A stretch of DNA of 64,000 nucleotides from an archaeon. GTDB taxonomy: Archaea; Nanobdellota; Nanobdellia; Woesearchaeales; GW2011-AR15. The DNA lies in the NCBI GenBank assembly GCA_018671515.1, contig JABHHN010000080.1, positions 21,695 through 85,694 on the forward strand. The letters run 5' to 3'. Of the stretch, positions 28,010 through 38,130 are shown one piece after another. Made by a program: the position numbers and the translations under genes. Within the stretch, counting starts at the first letter, position 1. Each line of letters starts with the position of its first letter. The notes beneath the pieces were generated by a model, which searched no databases, was not told the DNA's origin, and saw only the letters and a program-made list of their open reading frames with translations.

Positions 28010-29095
28010 ATGAATGTTAATGAAAGATTAAAATTAATTAAAGAAGTTGGTGAAGAAATAGTCACCAATGATGAACTTAAAGCGCTTTTAAATGAAAAAG
28101 AAAAATTTGTTGCCTATGATGGTTTTGAACCAAGTGGAACAGATATTCACATTGCACAAGGTCTTCTTAGAGCTATAAATGTTAATAAGATGACAAAAGC
28201 AGGTGCACATTTTAAGATGTGGGTTGCAGATTGGCATGCATGGGCTAATAATAAGATGGGTGGAGACCTTGAAAAAATCCAATATGTAGGAAATTATTAT
28301 ATTGAAGTATGGAAAGCTTGTGGAATGGATTTAGATAATGTTGAATTTATCTGGGCAAGTGAAGCAATGGGTAAAAAAGAATATTGGAAAATTGTCATGA
28401 ATATTGCAAGAACATCATCACTAAATAGAATTATCAGATGTGGACAAATCATGGGAAGAAGTGAAAAAGATAATTTATCAGCATCACAAATTTTCTATCC
28501 TTGTATGCAAGCTGCAGATATATTCTACTTAAAGGCAGATGTAACACAGTTAGGAGTAGATCAAAGAAAAGTAAATGTTCTTGCTCGTGAAGTCGGCCCT
28601 AAACTTGGTTTTTGGAAACCTATAATTGTAAGTCATCATATGTTAATGGGATTAAATGAACCTCCAAAAGATTCAAAAGATATGGATGCAAAAGACAGAA
28701 CTATTGAATTAAAAATGTCAAAATCAAAACCAGATACTGCAATATTTATGACTGATTCTGAAAAAGATATCAAAAGAAAGATGAATAAAGCATGGTGTCC
28801 TCAAGGTCAGGTAGATGAAAATCCAATAATGGAATATTTTAAATATATAATTTTTGAAAAATATGATAAAATTGATATAAAAAGACCTGAAAAATTTGGT
28901 GGAGATTTAAATATTGGTAGTTATGATGAGCTTACAGAAATGTTTTCAAGTGGAAAAGTTCATCCAATGGATCTTAAAAATACTGCTGGTAATTATATCA
29001 ATGAACTTATTGATCCAATAAGAGAAAAATTACTAAATGATCCGAAAATAAAAGAAATGAGAGAGAAAATTCAGACATTTAAGGTGACTAGGTAA
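28010..29095 (+). CDS. tyrS: tyrosine--tRNA ligase (long archaeal form)
   Basis: YDGFEPSG..HIAQG, VADWHAW.NNKMGGDLEKIQ and a KMSKS motif (LKMSKSKP). Confidence 0.85.
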   Translation: MNVNERLKLIKEVGEEIVTNDELKALLNEKEKFVAYDGFEPSGTDIHIAQGLLRAINVNKMTKAGAHFKMWVADWHAWANNKMGGDLEKIQYVGNYYIEVWKACGMDLDNVEFIWASEAMGKKEYWKIVMNIARTSSLNRIIRCGQIMGRSEKDNLSASQIFYPCMQAADIFYLKADVTQLGVDQRKVNVLAREVGPKLGFWKPIIVSHHMLMGLNEPPKDSKDMDAKDRTIELKMSKSKPDTAIFMTDSEKDIKRKMNKAWCPQGQVDENPIMEYFKYIIFEKYDKIDIKRPEKFGGDLNIGSYDELTEMFSSGKVHPMDLKNTAGNYINELIDPIREKLLNDPKIKEMREKIQTFKVTR

Positions 29096-29178
29096 TTTTT
29101 TACTTTTTAATTATTTTTTTAATATTATATTCTAATTATAGAAAAGTTTTTATCTGTTTTTCATGTTTAATCTTTTTC

Positions 29179-29547
29179 ATGAGAATACCAAAAAGATATG
29201 GACAATCAAAAATTGCAGAATGTCCTTTTTGTGGAAAACAAGCAATTGCAAAAAATACTCAAGGGTTAAATGTATGTCAATATCATAAAGATAATAATAT
29301 TCCAGATATCAAGTGTACATGTGGTTCCTGGCTTGATTTAAAATCAGGAAAATTTGGACCTTATTTTATATGTATTAATTGTGGGAATATAAACCTAAAA
29401 AAAGGTTTAGAAATGATGGAAATACTCTCTAATAAAACTAATATAAATAATGCATCAAAAAAAAATATTGAAAAAAAAGATACAAGAAAAAAAGAAATTA
29501 AAAACAAAGAAAACCTATACCCTGGTTTTGATTATGGAATTAATTAA
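29179..29547 (+). CDS. zinc-ribbon protein (topoisomerase-type C4 finger-like) with Lys-rich tail
   Basis: CPFCGK...C..H and CTCGSW...GKFGPYFICINCG patterns. Confidence 0.45.
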   Translation: MRIPKRYGQSKIAECPFCGKQAIAKNTQGLNVCQYHKDNNIPDIKCTCGSWLDLKSGKFGPYFICINCGNINLKKGLEMMEILSNKTNINNASKKNIEKKDTRKKEIKNKENLYPGFDYGIN

Positions 29548-29624
29548 TAGTTTTCTTTTCTATTAATATATATTTTTTAAACTCTACAAAAAGTATTTAT
29601 ATCATTCACTCATCTAGAAATAAA

Positions 29625-30965
29625 ATGGAAGAAATTGTTAAAAAAGCTATGTCTCTTGGATGTAGTTTTGCAGAAGCAAAAACAATTGATTCAAAAAAAA
29701 ATACTATCTCTACATCAAATAATAAAATAAATGAAATTTCATCAGGAACTAATAAGATTTTTTCTATAAGAGTCTTATATGATGGACGATGGGGGAATGC
29801 TTTTTCAAAAGAACCAAATTCAAAATTAATTTATAATGCAATTAAAAATGCAAAATTTACAGATAAAAAAGTAGAAATTGATATATTGAAACCTATTAAA
29901 AAAAAAGTTAAAACAAAAACAAAAATTTCTCTTAAAGATATTTCTCTTGATGAAAAAAAAGATATGTTATCAAAAATTGAAAAAAATAAGCCAGAAATAA
30001 ACAATCTTTCATTAAAATATATTGATAGTATTACAAAATCAGAATATGTAAATTCTGAAGGATCTAATCTTAACTGGGATGATTCACTAATATTAATGGT
30101 TGCTTCTTCATATGCTAAAAAAAACGATAGATTTGAATCATTCTATGATGTTATTGCAAAACATGGTGGATTTGAAGAATCAATTGCTTTTGAAAAAAAG
30201 GCAGATAATGTCATGAAAAAATCAATTGAACTTCTTGATGCAAAGGCAATAAAAGGAGGATTTTTTCCAACTTTAATTGATCCTCATCTTGCAGGTGTTT
30301 TTGCTCACGAATGTATAGGACATGCATGTGAAGCAGATCTTGTTTTAAATGGAACATCAATACTAAAAGATAAGATGAATAAAAAAATTGGACCAGATTA
30401 TCTGAATATTTATGACAATGGTGAATTATCTCATAAATGGGGTTGGTTGCCATATGATTCTGAAGGTGTTCCTGGAAAAAATACTACTTTAATAAAAAAT
30501 GGAAAACTAAATTCATATATGCATACAAGAGAGTCTGCTAAAGAATTCAATGTCGAACCAACTGGAAATGGAAGAGCACAAAACCTAGATAATAAAATAA
30601 TCCCTAGAATGTCTAATACTTATATTGGAAAAGGAGAAAATTCTAAAGAAGAAATACTTGAATCAATAAAAAAAGGATATTATTTAATTGGAAGTATGGG
30701 TGGACAAGTTGATCCTGCTTCAGGAGAATTCTTATTTAATGCAATGGAGGCATTTAGTATAGAAAAAGGAGAAATAAAAGAAAGAGTCATGGGTGCATCC
30801 TTATCTGGAAATGTTATGCAATCCCTTAATAGTATAAGTATGATTGGAAAAGATATTGAAGTATCTGGAACAGGATTTTGTGGAAAAAGTGGACAATATG
30901 TTCCTGTTGGAGATGGTGGACCACATTTCAAATTTGAAAAAATAAAAATTGGTGGTAAAAATTAG
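29625..30965 (+). CDS. tldD: TldD-family metalloprotease
   Basis: HExxxH motif (AHECIGHACEAD) and a C-terminal GG...P pattern. Paired with a PmbA-like gene. Confidence 0.8.
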   Translation: MEEIVKKAMSLGCSFAEAKTIDSKKNTISTSNNKINEISSGTNKIFSIRVLYDGRWGNAFSKEPNSKLIYNAIKNAKFTDKKVEIDILKPIKKKVKTKTKISLKDISLDEKKDMLSKIEKNKPEINNLSLKYIDSITKSEYVNSEGSNLNWDDSLILMVASSYAKKNDRFESFYDVIAKHGGFEESIAFEKKADNVMKKSIELLDAKAIKGGFFPTLIDPHLAGVFAHECIGHACEADLVLNGTSILKDKMNKKIGPDYLNIYDNGELSHKWGWLPYDSEGVPGKNTTLIKNGKLNSYMHTRESAKEFNVEPTGNGRAQNLDNKIIPRMSNTYIGKGENSKEEILESIKKGYYLIGSMGGQVDPASGEFLFNAMEAFSIEKGEIKERVMGASLSGNVMQSLNSISMIGKDIEVSGTGFCGKSGQYVPVGDGGPHFKFEKIKIGGKN

Positions 30966-32280
30966 TGATTTTCAAAATTATTTAAAATCTAAAAAGATAG
31001 ATTCTTGGGAAGTATATCTTGATGAAAGCAAAAGTACATCAATTGAAATAAACAAATCTGATGTGGAATATATCTTAAGTGGAGAAAAGACAGGTTTTGG
31101 TGTGCGTGTTGCAAAAAACAAAAAATTAGGTTTTTCATATACAAATGACATTAAAAAATTTAAAGAGTGTATAGATACTGCAATAACTATATCAAAATTA
31201 AATAATAAAGATGATGATTTTGAATCTTTTGCTAAAACAAAAAAAGAATATCCTAAAGTTAAAACATATGATAAAGACCTAGAACATTTTGATGTTAAGG
31301 ATTTTCATGAATATATGAATGAATTTAGAAATATAATAGAAAAACAAGATAAAAATATAGTGACAGGAAATGGAGTTTATAGAAAAAACATAACAAACAA
31401 AAACATAATAAATTCAGAAGGTATTGATATAAAAGAAAAAAGTAGTAGTAATTCTGTTTTTTTTGATGGATTAAGATTAGAAAATGGTAATGAAAATATC
31501 AATTTAGAACTTGGAGATGCAGATATTGGAATACTTAACCCAAATGTTGCAAATGAATTTGGAAAAAGACTTGTATCTATGAAAAATAAAAAAGATATTG
31601 CAACTAAAAAAACATCAATATTATTTCATCCTGAATGTTTTGGCGCAATTATGGATGAATTTATTAATAATTCATTTAGTGCTGAAAATATACAAAAAAA
31701 TAAATCAATTCTATGTGAAAAAGAAAACAAAAAAATGTTTGATGAAAAATTATCAATCTCTGATGATGCTACTATTAATGGATTATATGATAGTAGAGTA
31801 GCTGATGATGAAGGTATCCCTTCACAAAAAACAACTTTAATAGAAAAAGGAATTGTCCAAAATTTCATATATGATTCTTATACTTCTAATAAGGAAAAAA
31901 AAGAATCAACAGGAAATGCTTCAAGAACATATTTTTCAAAACCATCAATTTGTACTTCAAATATTTTAATAGAAGAAGGAAGAAGAAAAAATCTAATTTC
32001 TGAAATTGATGAAGGTATTTATCTAAAAGGATTAATGGGTATTCACACAATGAATCACTCTACTGGAGATTTTTCACTTAGTGTATATGAAGGACATAAT
32101 ATAAAAAAAGGTGAAATTATATCTCCATTAAAAGATACAATGATTTCAGGAAACATAATTAATATTCTAAACAACATCATAGGAATAGGTAAAGGTAAAG
32201 GTAAATATTTATGGGGCGAAGGTTCTGTTTATACTCCTGAAATACTTGTTTCAAATGTTCAGGTGATAGGATCAAAATGA
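30949..32280 (+). CDS. pmbA: PmbA/TldE-family protein
   Basis: 443 aa, TldD/PmbA fold pattern without HExxxH. TTG/GTG start overlapping the tldD end. Confidence 0.7.
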   Translation: MVVKISDFQNYLKSKKIDSWEVYLDESKSTSIEINKSDVEYILSGEKTGFGVRVAKNKKLGFSYTNDIKKFKECIDTAITISKLNNKDDDFESFAKTKKEYPKVKTYDKDLEHFDVKDFHEYMNEFRNIIEKQDKNIVTGNGVYRKNITNKNIINSEGIDIKEKSSSNSVFFDGLRLENGNENINLELGDADIGILNPNVANEFGKRLVSMKNKKDIATKKTSILFHPECFGAIMDEFINNSFSAENIQKNKSILCEKENKKMFDEKLSISDDATINGLYDSRVADDEGIPSQKTTLIEKGIVQNFIYDSYTSNKEKKESTGNASRTYFSKPSICTSNILIEEGRRKNLISEIDEGIYLKGLMGIHTMNHSTGDFSLSVYEGHNIKKGEIISPLKDTMISGNIINILNNIIGIGKGKGKYLWGEGSVYTPEILVSNVQVIGSK

Positions 32281-33749
32281 AATTAAAAATTCCTCGTGCA
32301 ATGTCTACACAACATCCTGATAATGTAAAACAGCCATTTTTTGTAAATAATTCGGTTATATCTGGTGATGATGAAATAAAAGAAGCATTCTATGCTTTTT
32401 CACATCTTAAAATTAATGAACAATTATGGGATTGTGAAGGAAAAGAAGTTGATAATTATGTTGTCGAAAAATTACTTACTAGATATGAAGATTATTTTCT
32501 AAAAAATAAATTAGGAGAAGATATTTTCATTACTTTAAGATCTCCAAATCCACGTGTTGAAAAAAATCAAGGTAAAATCCTTCTTGAAACTTTAGAATCA
32601 ATTCCTAGAAATTTTGATGTTGCAGAAAAATTTTATGGAACAGGTATTGCACCAATATTTGAAGTTGCAATCCCAATGACTTCATCATCTGAGGAAATAT
32701 TTAGAGTAAAAGATTATTATAATAAACAAACAATTGGTAAAGAAAATAATGTTATAGATGATATATCAATTAAAAACTGGGTTGGTGAATTTAAACCAAA
32801 AGACATTAATGTAATTCCTTTAATTGAAGATAAGACAAGTATGCTTCGAGCAGATAAAATAATTGAAGAATATATCGAAAAAGCTAAAATTCAAGAACAT
32901 CAAAGAGTATGGCTTGCAAGAAGCGATCCTGCACTTAATTATGGAAATCTATCTGCAATTTTAATAAATAAAATTTCATTACAAAAAATTCATCATCTAG
33001 AAGAAAAATCTTCAGTTGATTTGTATCCAATTATTGGATGTGGTTCGGCACCTTTTAGAGGTAATTTTAGACCAACTAAAATGGATAATATTTTAAAATC
33101 ATACCCTAGCGTCCAAACTTTCACTATGCAATCTGCTTTCAAATATGATTATTCTGAAGAACAAGTAAGAGAATCTGTTAATTTATTAGAAAATACAAAA
33201 GTAAAAAATCCAATGCAGATTGATGAAAATTTAGGATTAAAAGTAATTGAAAAAGTTTCTTCAAAATATCAAGAACAAATATATCATATTGCACCTTTAG
33301 TAAATAAAATTTCTAACTATATACCTCAAAGAAGAAAAAGAAAACTTCATATTGGTCTTTTAGGGTATTCCAGAAAAAGTGGAACAATTAAACTTCCAAG
33401 AGCAATAAAATTCTGTGCTTCATTATATTCTTTAGGGCTTCCCCCTGAAATACTCGGTCTTTCATCTCTTAACGATAAGGATTTTGATTTTATTGATGAA
33501 TCAACTGCTTCATTTAATGAAGATACAATGGATGCTTTAAAATTTTTAAATATTGATAATCTTGATTTGTTTCCTTTAAAATTACAAGATGAAGTAAAAG
33601 AAACATTAAAAAGATTTGATGGTTATGAAATAAATAAAAAACATAAAAAAATCACAGACATAATTGCAAATAATTTTAAAAAAAATAATCTTCTTAGTGT
33701 TTCTGAAGATATAGAACGTGCTGCATCAATAAGGAATTTTTTAGGATGA
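32277..33749 (+). CDS. ppcA: archaeal-type phosphoenolpyruvate carboxylase
   Basis: N-terminal IPRAMSTQHPDN signature, ~490 aa. Confidence 0.85.
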   Translation: MKLKIPRAMSTQHPDNVKQPFFVNNSVISGDDEIKEAFYAFSHLKINEQLWDCEGKEVDNYVVEKLLTRYEDYFLKNKLGEDIFITLRSPNPRVEKNQGKILLETLESIPRNFDVAEKFYGTGIAPIFEVAIPMTSSSEEIFRVKDYYNKQTIGKENNVIDDISIKNWVGEFKPKDINVIPLIEDKTSMLRADKIIEEYIEKAKIQEHQRVWLARSDPALNYGNLSAILINKISLQKIHHLEEKSSVDLYPIIGCGSAPFRGNFRPTKMDNILKSYPSVQTFTMQSAFKYDYSEEQVRESVNLLENTKVKNPMQIDENLGLKVIEKVSSKYQEQIYHIAPLVNKISNYIPQRRKRKLHIGLLGYSRKSGTIKLPRAIKFCASLYSLGLPPEILGLSSLNDKDFDFIDESTASFNEDTMDALKFLNIDNLDLFPLKLQDEVKETLKRFDGYEINKKHKKITDIIANNFKKNNLLSVSEDIERAASIRNFLG

Positions 33750-34810
33750 ATATAAAAAAATTACAAAAAAAATTAAGAGAAAATAATATTGATTTTGCTA
33801 TATTTTATAATCCTGATGAATCAGCTAATTCAAATGTAGTTTACTTCTCTAATTATCATGGTGAAGGATTTCTTGTTGTTCCAAAAAACAAAGAACCTTT
33901 CCTTATATCAAACAGACGTGATTATGAACTTGCATTAAACACAGGAATTAAGACAATAAATAGAAGTAAAGAAAAAACTATTAAAAATATAATAAATGAA
34001 GAAGTATCAGATTATCATATTGTTGGTATAGATAAACCAAATCTTTCTGTTTATTTATTTGAAAAAATCAAAAAAAAAATCAAAGGTAAGTATAAAGATA
34101 TTTCAACCATTTGTAAAGAAATTAGAAAATATAAAACAGATAAAGAAATAAAAGAAATAAAAAAAGCCTGTCAAATAACTGATAAAATTTTTGAAAAAAT
34201 TATTTCTAATTTTTCATTTAAAACTGAAAATGATATAAAATTATTTATTGAATTTGAAATTAAAAAATTAGGATGTGAACTTGCATTCCCTCCAATTGCT
34301 GCTAATGAAAAAAATGCAGCAATTCCGCATTATACTGGAAATTCAAAAATAAAATCTGGTTTTTTACTTCTAGATTTTGGAGCAAAATATAATGGATATT
34401 GCTCTGATATGACAAGAATGTTATATATTGATAAACCAAAAATTGAAGAAATCTCTAAATATGAAAAATTAAGAAAAATACAACAAAAAACTATTGAAAA
34501 TTGTTCTATAAGGGATAGTTTTTCAAATATTTCCAAAAAATGCAGAAAACTTCTAGGTGAAGATGATGAATTCTTCATACATACCTTAGGACATTCTCTT
34601 GGTATGGACATACATGAATATCCTACAGTTCATACTGGTGCAAAAGAAAAAATTGAAAATAATATTATTTTTACAATTGAACCAGGTGTATATTATAAAA
34701 ATAAATATGGAATCAGAATTGAAGACACAGTTGTATTTATTGATGATAAATTAGAAATTCTTACAAAGTCAAAGAAAGATTTAGTAATAATCAAAAAAAG
34801 AAAAAATTAA
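33746..34810 (+). CDS. M24-family Xaa-Pro peptidase
   Basis: LLDFGAKYNGYCSDMTR, HSLGMDIHEYP, EPGVY and IRIEDT motifs. Confidence 0.85.
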   Translation: MNIKKLQKKLRENNIDFAIFYNPDESANSNVVYFSNYHGEGFLVVPKNKEPFLISNRRDYELALNTGIKTINRSKEKTIKNIINEEVSDYHIVGIDKPNLSVYLFEKIKKKIKGKYKDISTICKEIRKYKTDKEIKEIKKACQITDKIFEKIISNFSFKTENDIKLFIEFEIKKLGCELAFPPIAANEKNAAIPHYTGNSKIKSGFLLLDFGAKYNGYCSDMTRMLYIDKPKIEEISKYEKLRKIQQKTIENCSIRDSFSNISKKCRKLLGEDDEFFIHTLGHSLGMDIHEYPTVHTGAKEKIENNIIFTIEPGVYYKNKYGIRIEDTVVFIDDKLEILTKSKKDLVIIKKRKN

Positions 34811-34980
34811 ATCTTAATGTTGGTGGAGATTTATTTCTTAATCTATTTACTCCAAAACCAACTAATGTTTTATGATCCATTTAAACCACCTCAAAAATTA
34901 TTTAGGAGAATATAGATTTAATTACTAGGTTTAATCATTCAATCCAAAAGTATTTATATCATTTTAATTTATAGTCTTAA

Positions 34981-36723
34981 ATGAGATATAATCAAAATTC
35001 ATGGGTTTCTGAAGTAAATTATTATAAAAGAAAATTAAAAAAATTAAATCCTAAAAATATATTCATATATGGAAAAATTTCAAAGAAAGCTTTTTTTTCT
35101 CTTGCTCCATTATCATGTGCAACAAATGAGTTAGGTATTGAAATGTGTGTCAAGTTAGATTCAAGTTCTAACCAAGAATATCTATTTGATTTTTGGGATG
35201 TTTTTGACAAATATAAAAAAAAGGTCAAAAATAAAAAAACTGTAGCATTATCAAATTTTATTGATCAATTAGATAAGAAATCAAATAAAATAAAAAAATA
35301 TTTTAAAAGACCAGATTTAATATTAAAAATAAAAAAAGAAAGTTTTGGAAACATATTAGAATATAAAACCTCTTGGATAAAATATTTCATGTGGAATAAA
35401 TTAAAAAAAACTGCAGATTCTATAATAAAAAATGTATATAATCTAAAAAAAAAAGATAACTTTGGTATTGGATTTGAATTTGTATTAAAGAAAAAAAACC
35501 TTGATGTTCCACTTCAAGATTATCTTGATTCTTATTTCATATGTTATTCAAAATATTTATCTGCTATAAAAATTACTAATAAGATTTCCATGTCTGCATC
35601 TACAAGAAAAATGTCAAGTCTTGATATGCCAAATCTGACTACTGAACTAATAACAACATTAATTGGGCTTGAACTAAGTAAAAATATAGATGAACCAATT
35701 TTCAAAAAATATAATATTTTATCAAAAGAATTGAATCTTAATAGAATCAAAATAAATTCTGCAACTTTTGCAATATCTGGAAAAGGATATCCTGGAAAAC
35801 ATTTATTTGGTCAAATGATTGGATACCCTACACCAAATAAAAAAACAAGATGGTCTTCTCCAAGTGGAATAATATACAAGTTCTCTTGGTATCCTCAATC
35901 TCATGAAGAGAGTAGAGATCCAATGAATAGAATCTCTTTTACACAAACTGTACCAATTGATATTTATATAAAAAGTACATTAATAGATTATAATTTGATG
36001 AGAAAAAGAAACAAAAAAATTTCAAACCTTCTAGAAAAATGTGATACTGTTTTTGTAAAAAGTAATATAAAAAATGGTTGTAATTTTGAAGTCGGACTCA
36101 TTAAAAAAGATGGAACTAGAAGAATGATAAAGGGCAGTGATTCTGATACAAGAAAAATAATAAATCCAAATCATAAAGATAAAAACTTTGGAATGATGGC
36201 AAATATCCCAGGAGGAGAAGCTTTCACAACACCTGAATATATAAAAGGAAAAATAGTAGGAGATGTAGTAATTGAAATAGATAGATCTTATCCTTTGTCT
36301 TCAAAAAAACCATTTATTGTAGAATGTAATATGAAAGGATATAAAGTAATTAGTGGTCCTAAAAAAGTAATTGATGCATTTAATAGAAAAAAAAAAGAAG
36401 CTTGGATTAGAATAAAAAATCAAGAAAAAAGTAAAAGTATTCCATCCAAACTTATTAAATTAAAAAAAGATAATTTCAATAAAATAGGTGAATTTGCAAT
36501 TAATACAAATCCAAATGCAAAATTATGTGATTATCTTATTATAAATGAAAAAATTGCCAATATGATTCATGTAGCTTTTGGTTCAGGATTTGAGCCAGAT
36601 AAGGCAACAGAGTATCATATGGATGTTGTTATTGATTCACCAAGACAGAAGCTTGATATATTTGGTATTGATAAAAACAAAAAAGAAATCTGGATAATAA
36701 AGAAAGGAAAATTTGTGATTTGA
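34981..36723 (+). CDS. hypothetical protein with C-terminal M29 (AmpS/PepS)-like aminopeptidase region
   Basis: 580 aa. The C-terminal part has IPGGEAFTTPE, GEFAINTNPNA, IHVAFGSG and EYHMDVVI, resembling peptidase M29. The N-terminal ~350 aa are unassigned. Confidence 0.5.
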   Translation: MRYNQNSWVSEVNYYKRKLKKLNPKNIFIYGKISKKAFFSLAPLSCATNELGIEMCVKLDSSSNQEYLFDFWDVFDKYKKKVKNKKTVALSNFIDQLDKKSNKIKKYFKRPDLILKIKKESFGNILEYKTSWIKYFMWNKLKKTADSIIKNVYNLKKKDNFGIGFEFVLKKKNLDVPLQDYLDSYFICYSKYLSAIKITNKISMSASTRKMSSLDMPNLTTELITTLIGLELSKNIDEPIFKKYNILSKELNLNRIKINSATFAISGKGYPGKHLFGQMIGYPTPNKKTRWSSPSGIIYKFSWYPQSHEESRDPMNRISFTQTVPIDIYIKSTLIDYNLMRKRNKKISNLLEKCDTVFVKSNIKNGCNFEVGLIKKDGTRRMIKGSDSDTRKIINPNHKDKNFGMMANIPGGEAFTTPEYIKGKIVGDVVIEIDRSYPLSSKKPFIVECNMKGYKVISGPKKVIDAFNRKKKEAWIRIKNQEKSKSIPSKLIKLKKDNFNKIGEFAINTNPNAKLCDYLIINEKIANMIHVAFGSGFEPDKATEYHMDVVIDSPRQKLDIFGIDKNKKEIWIIKKGKFVI

Positions 36724-36795
36724 TTTAGATATTTGAAACTTCTTATAAACTTATCCCACAATCTTTAAAAATAAAATTTCCTTCCAAAGAATTGA

Positions 36796-37935
36796 ATGAA
36801 TAGTGACAAAGAATTAGCCAGCATCATGTTTTCTTATACATCAAATATTAATGAATTAGAAGAAGAAAATAGATTGTTAAATGAAACTGTAACACGTCTT
36901 AGAAATGAACTAGAGAGATATAAGACTCCACCTCTAATGGTATGTGAAATAAAAGAAATACTAGAAAATAATGCAATAATCAGAGTTCCAAATGGAAATC
37001 TATTCTTTGTATGTGTTTCTGAAAGTTGTGAAAATTTATCAACGGGTGATTCAGTTCTTGTTGATCAAAAAAATCTTAATGTAATTAGAAAATTCATAAA
37101 AACAAAAAACTTCAATGTAGAACAATTTGTTATAATGCAAAATCCAAAAGAAAATTTTAATGATGTGGGTGGACTTGCAAAACAAATAAATGAAATTGAA
37201 GAAGTTGTAACATTGCCTATGCAAAAACCTGAATTATTTAAAAGAATAGGTATTGAACCACCAAAAGGTATATTACTTTATGGTCCTCCTGGAACTGGAA
37301 AAACACTTCTTGCAAAAGCTGTTGCAAATTCATCAAGTAGTACATTTATACAAGTAGTTGGTTCTGAACTGGTTCAAAAATTCATTGGTGAAGGTGCAAA
37401 ATTAGTAAAAGAGATTTTCCAGCTTGCTAGAGAAAAAGCTCCATCAATTGTTTTCATTGATGAACTTGATGCACTAGCTTCAAGAAGAGTTGAAATTGGA
37501 ACTTCTGGTGAAAGAGAAGTTCAAAGAACATTTATGCAGCTTTTGGCTGAGATAGATGGTTTTAAACCATTAGGAAATATAAAAATAATTGGATGTACAA
37601 ATAGAAAAGACATTCTCGATTCTGCAATTACAAGACCTGGAAGACTTGATAGAATGATACTTGTCCCACTTCCAGATAAAGATGGATTACAACAGATTTT
37701 TAAGATTCATACTAAAAATATGAAACTTGATTCAGATGTCGATACTGATAAGATAATTATTCAAATGGAAGGATTCTCTGGTGCTGAAACTAAAGCCGTG
37801 TGTACTGAAGCAGGATATTTTGCAATAAGACAGAATAGAGAGACTATAAAATTAGAAGATTTCTATAAAGCAGTAAATAAAGTTAAATTAGAAGAAGAAA
37901 CAGAAGGAAAAGATTTCATGAATATGTTCGGATAG
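36796..37935 (+). CDS. pan: proteasome-activating nucleotidase (AAA+ ATPase)
   Basis: N-terminal coiled coil, OB region, Walker A GPPGTGKT, Walker [10 protein letters not shown] and GRLDR. Confidence 0.9.
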   Translation: MNSDKELASIMFSYTSNINELEEENRLLNETVTRLRNELERYKTPPLMVCEIKEILENNAIIRVPNGNLFFVCVSESCENLSTGDSVLVDQKNLNVIRKFIKTKNFNVEQFVIMQNPKENFNDVGGLAKQINEIEEVVTLPMQKPELFKRIGIEPPKGILLYGPPGTGKTLLAKAVANSSSSTFIQVVGSELVQKFIGEGAKLVKEIFQLAREKAPSIVFIDELDALASRRVEIGTSGEREVQRTFMQLLAEIDGFKPLGNIKIIGCTNRKDILDSAITRPGRLDRMILVPLPDKDGLQQIFKIHTKNMKLDSDVDTDKIIIQMEGFSGAETKAVCTEAGYFAIRQNRETIKLEDFYKAVNKVKLEEETEGKDFMNMFG

Positions 37936-37970
37936 TTCTAAAAAAATCTTTGATAATATTTTAAAAAAAT

Positions 37971-38043
37971 TGCGCGCTCAGTAGTTACTCCTTTCTTCAT
38001 CGGCCTTTGGCCTTAGTTGGTGTTCACTTCTTCATTGCACGCA
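37971..38043 (-). ncRNA. candidate C/D-box sRNA (2'-O-methylation guide)
   Basis: The minus strand reads: stem TGCGTGC, C box AATGAAGA, 12-nt guide AGTGAACACCAA, D' CTAA, GGCC-AAA-GGCC hairpin, C' GATGAAGA, 12-nt guide AAGGAGTAACTA, D CTGA, stem GCGCGCA. A TATA-like TTATAAATAAA (38061-38071) lies upstream and a T7 run (37963-37969) lies immediately downstream. Confidence 0.6.
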
Positions 38044-38130
38044 TATTTTAGGAAAAAGTGTTTATTTATAACTATGTCTTATATTTTAGCTCCAATATCT
38101 TTAAATAAGAATAAATAATGTTTACACTCT

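Noticed and set aside
34791-34880. 29-codon minus-strand ORF (MDHKTLVGFGVNRLRNKSPPTLRFNFFFF) with a good GAGGTG SD, convergent with the M24 peptidase gene
   Set aside because: It overlaps the 3' end of the peptidase gene and its C-terminal Phe run simply mirrors a poly-A/Lys tail. There is no supporting context. It could be real but is unsupported.
37971-38043. The 73-nt GC-rich island with a 7-bp terminal stem initially looked like a tRNA
   Set aside because: It has no D-arm or T-arm (GTTCRA) and no anticodon stem on either strand. The box and spacer layout fits a C/D sRNA instead.
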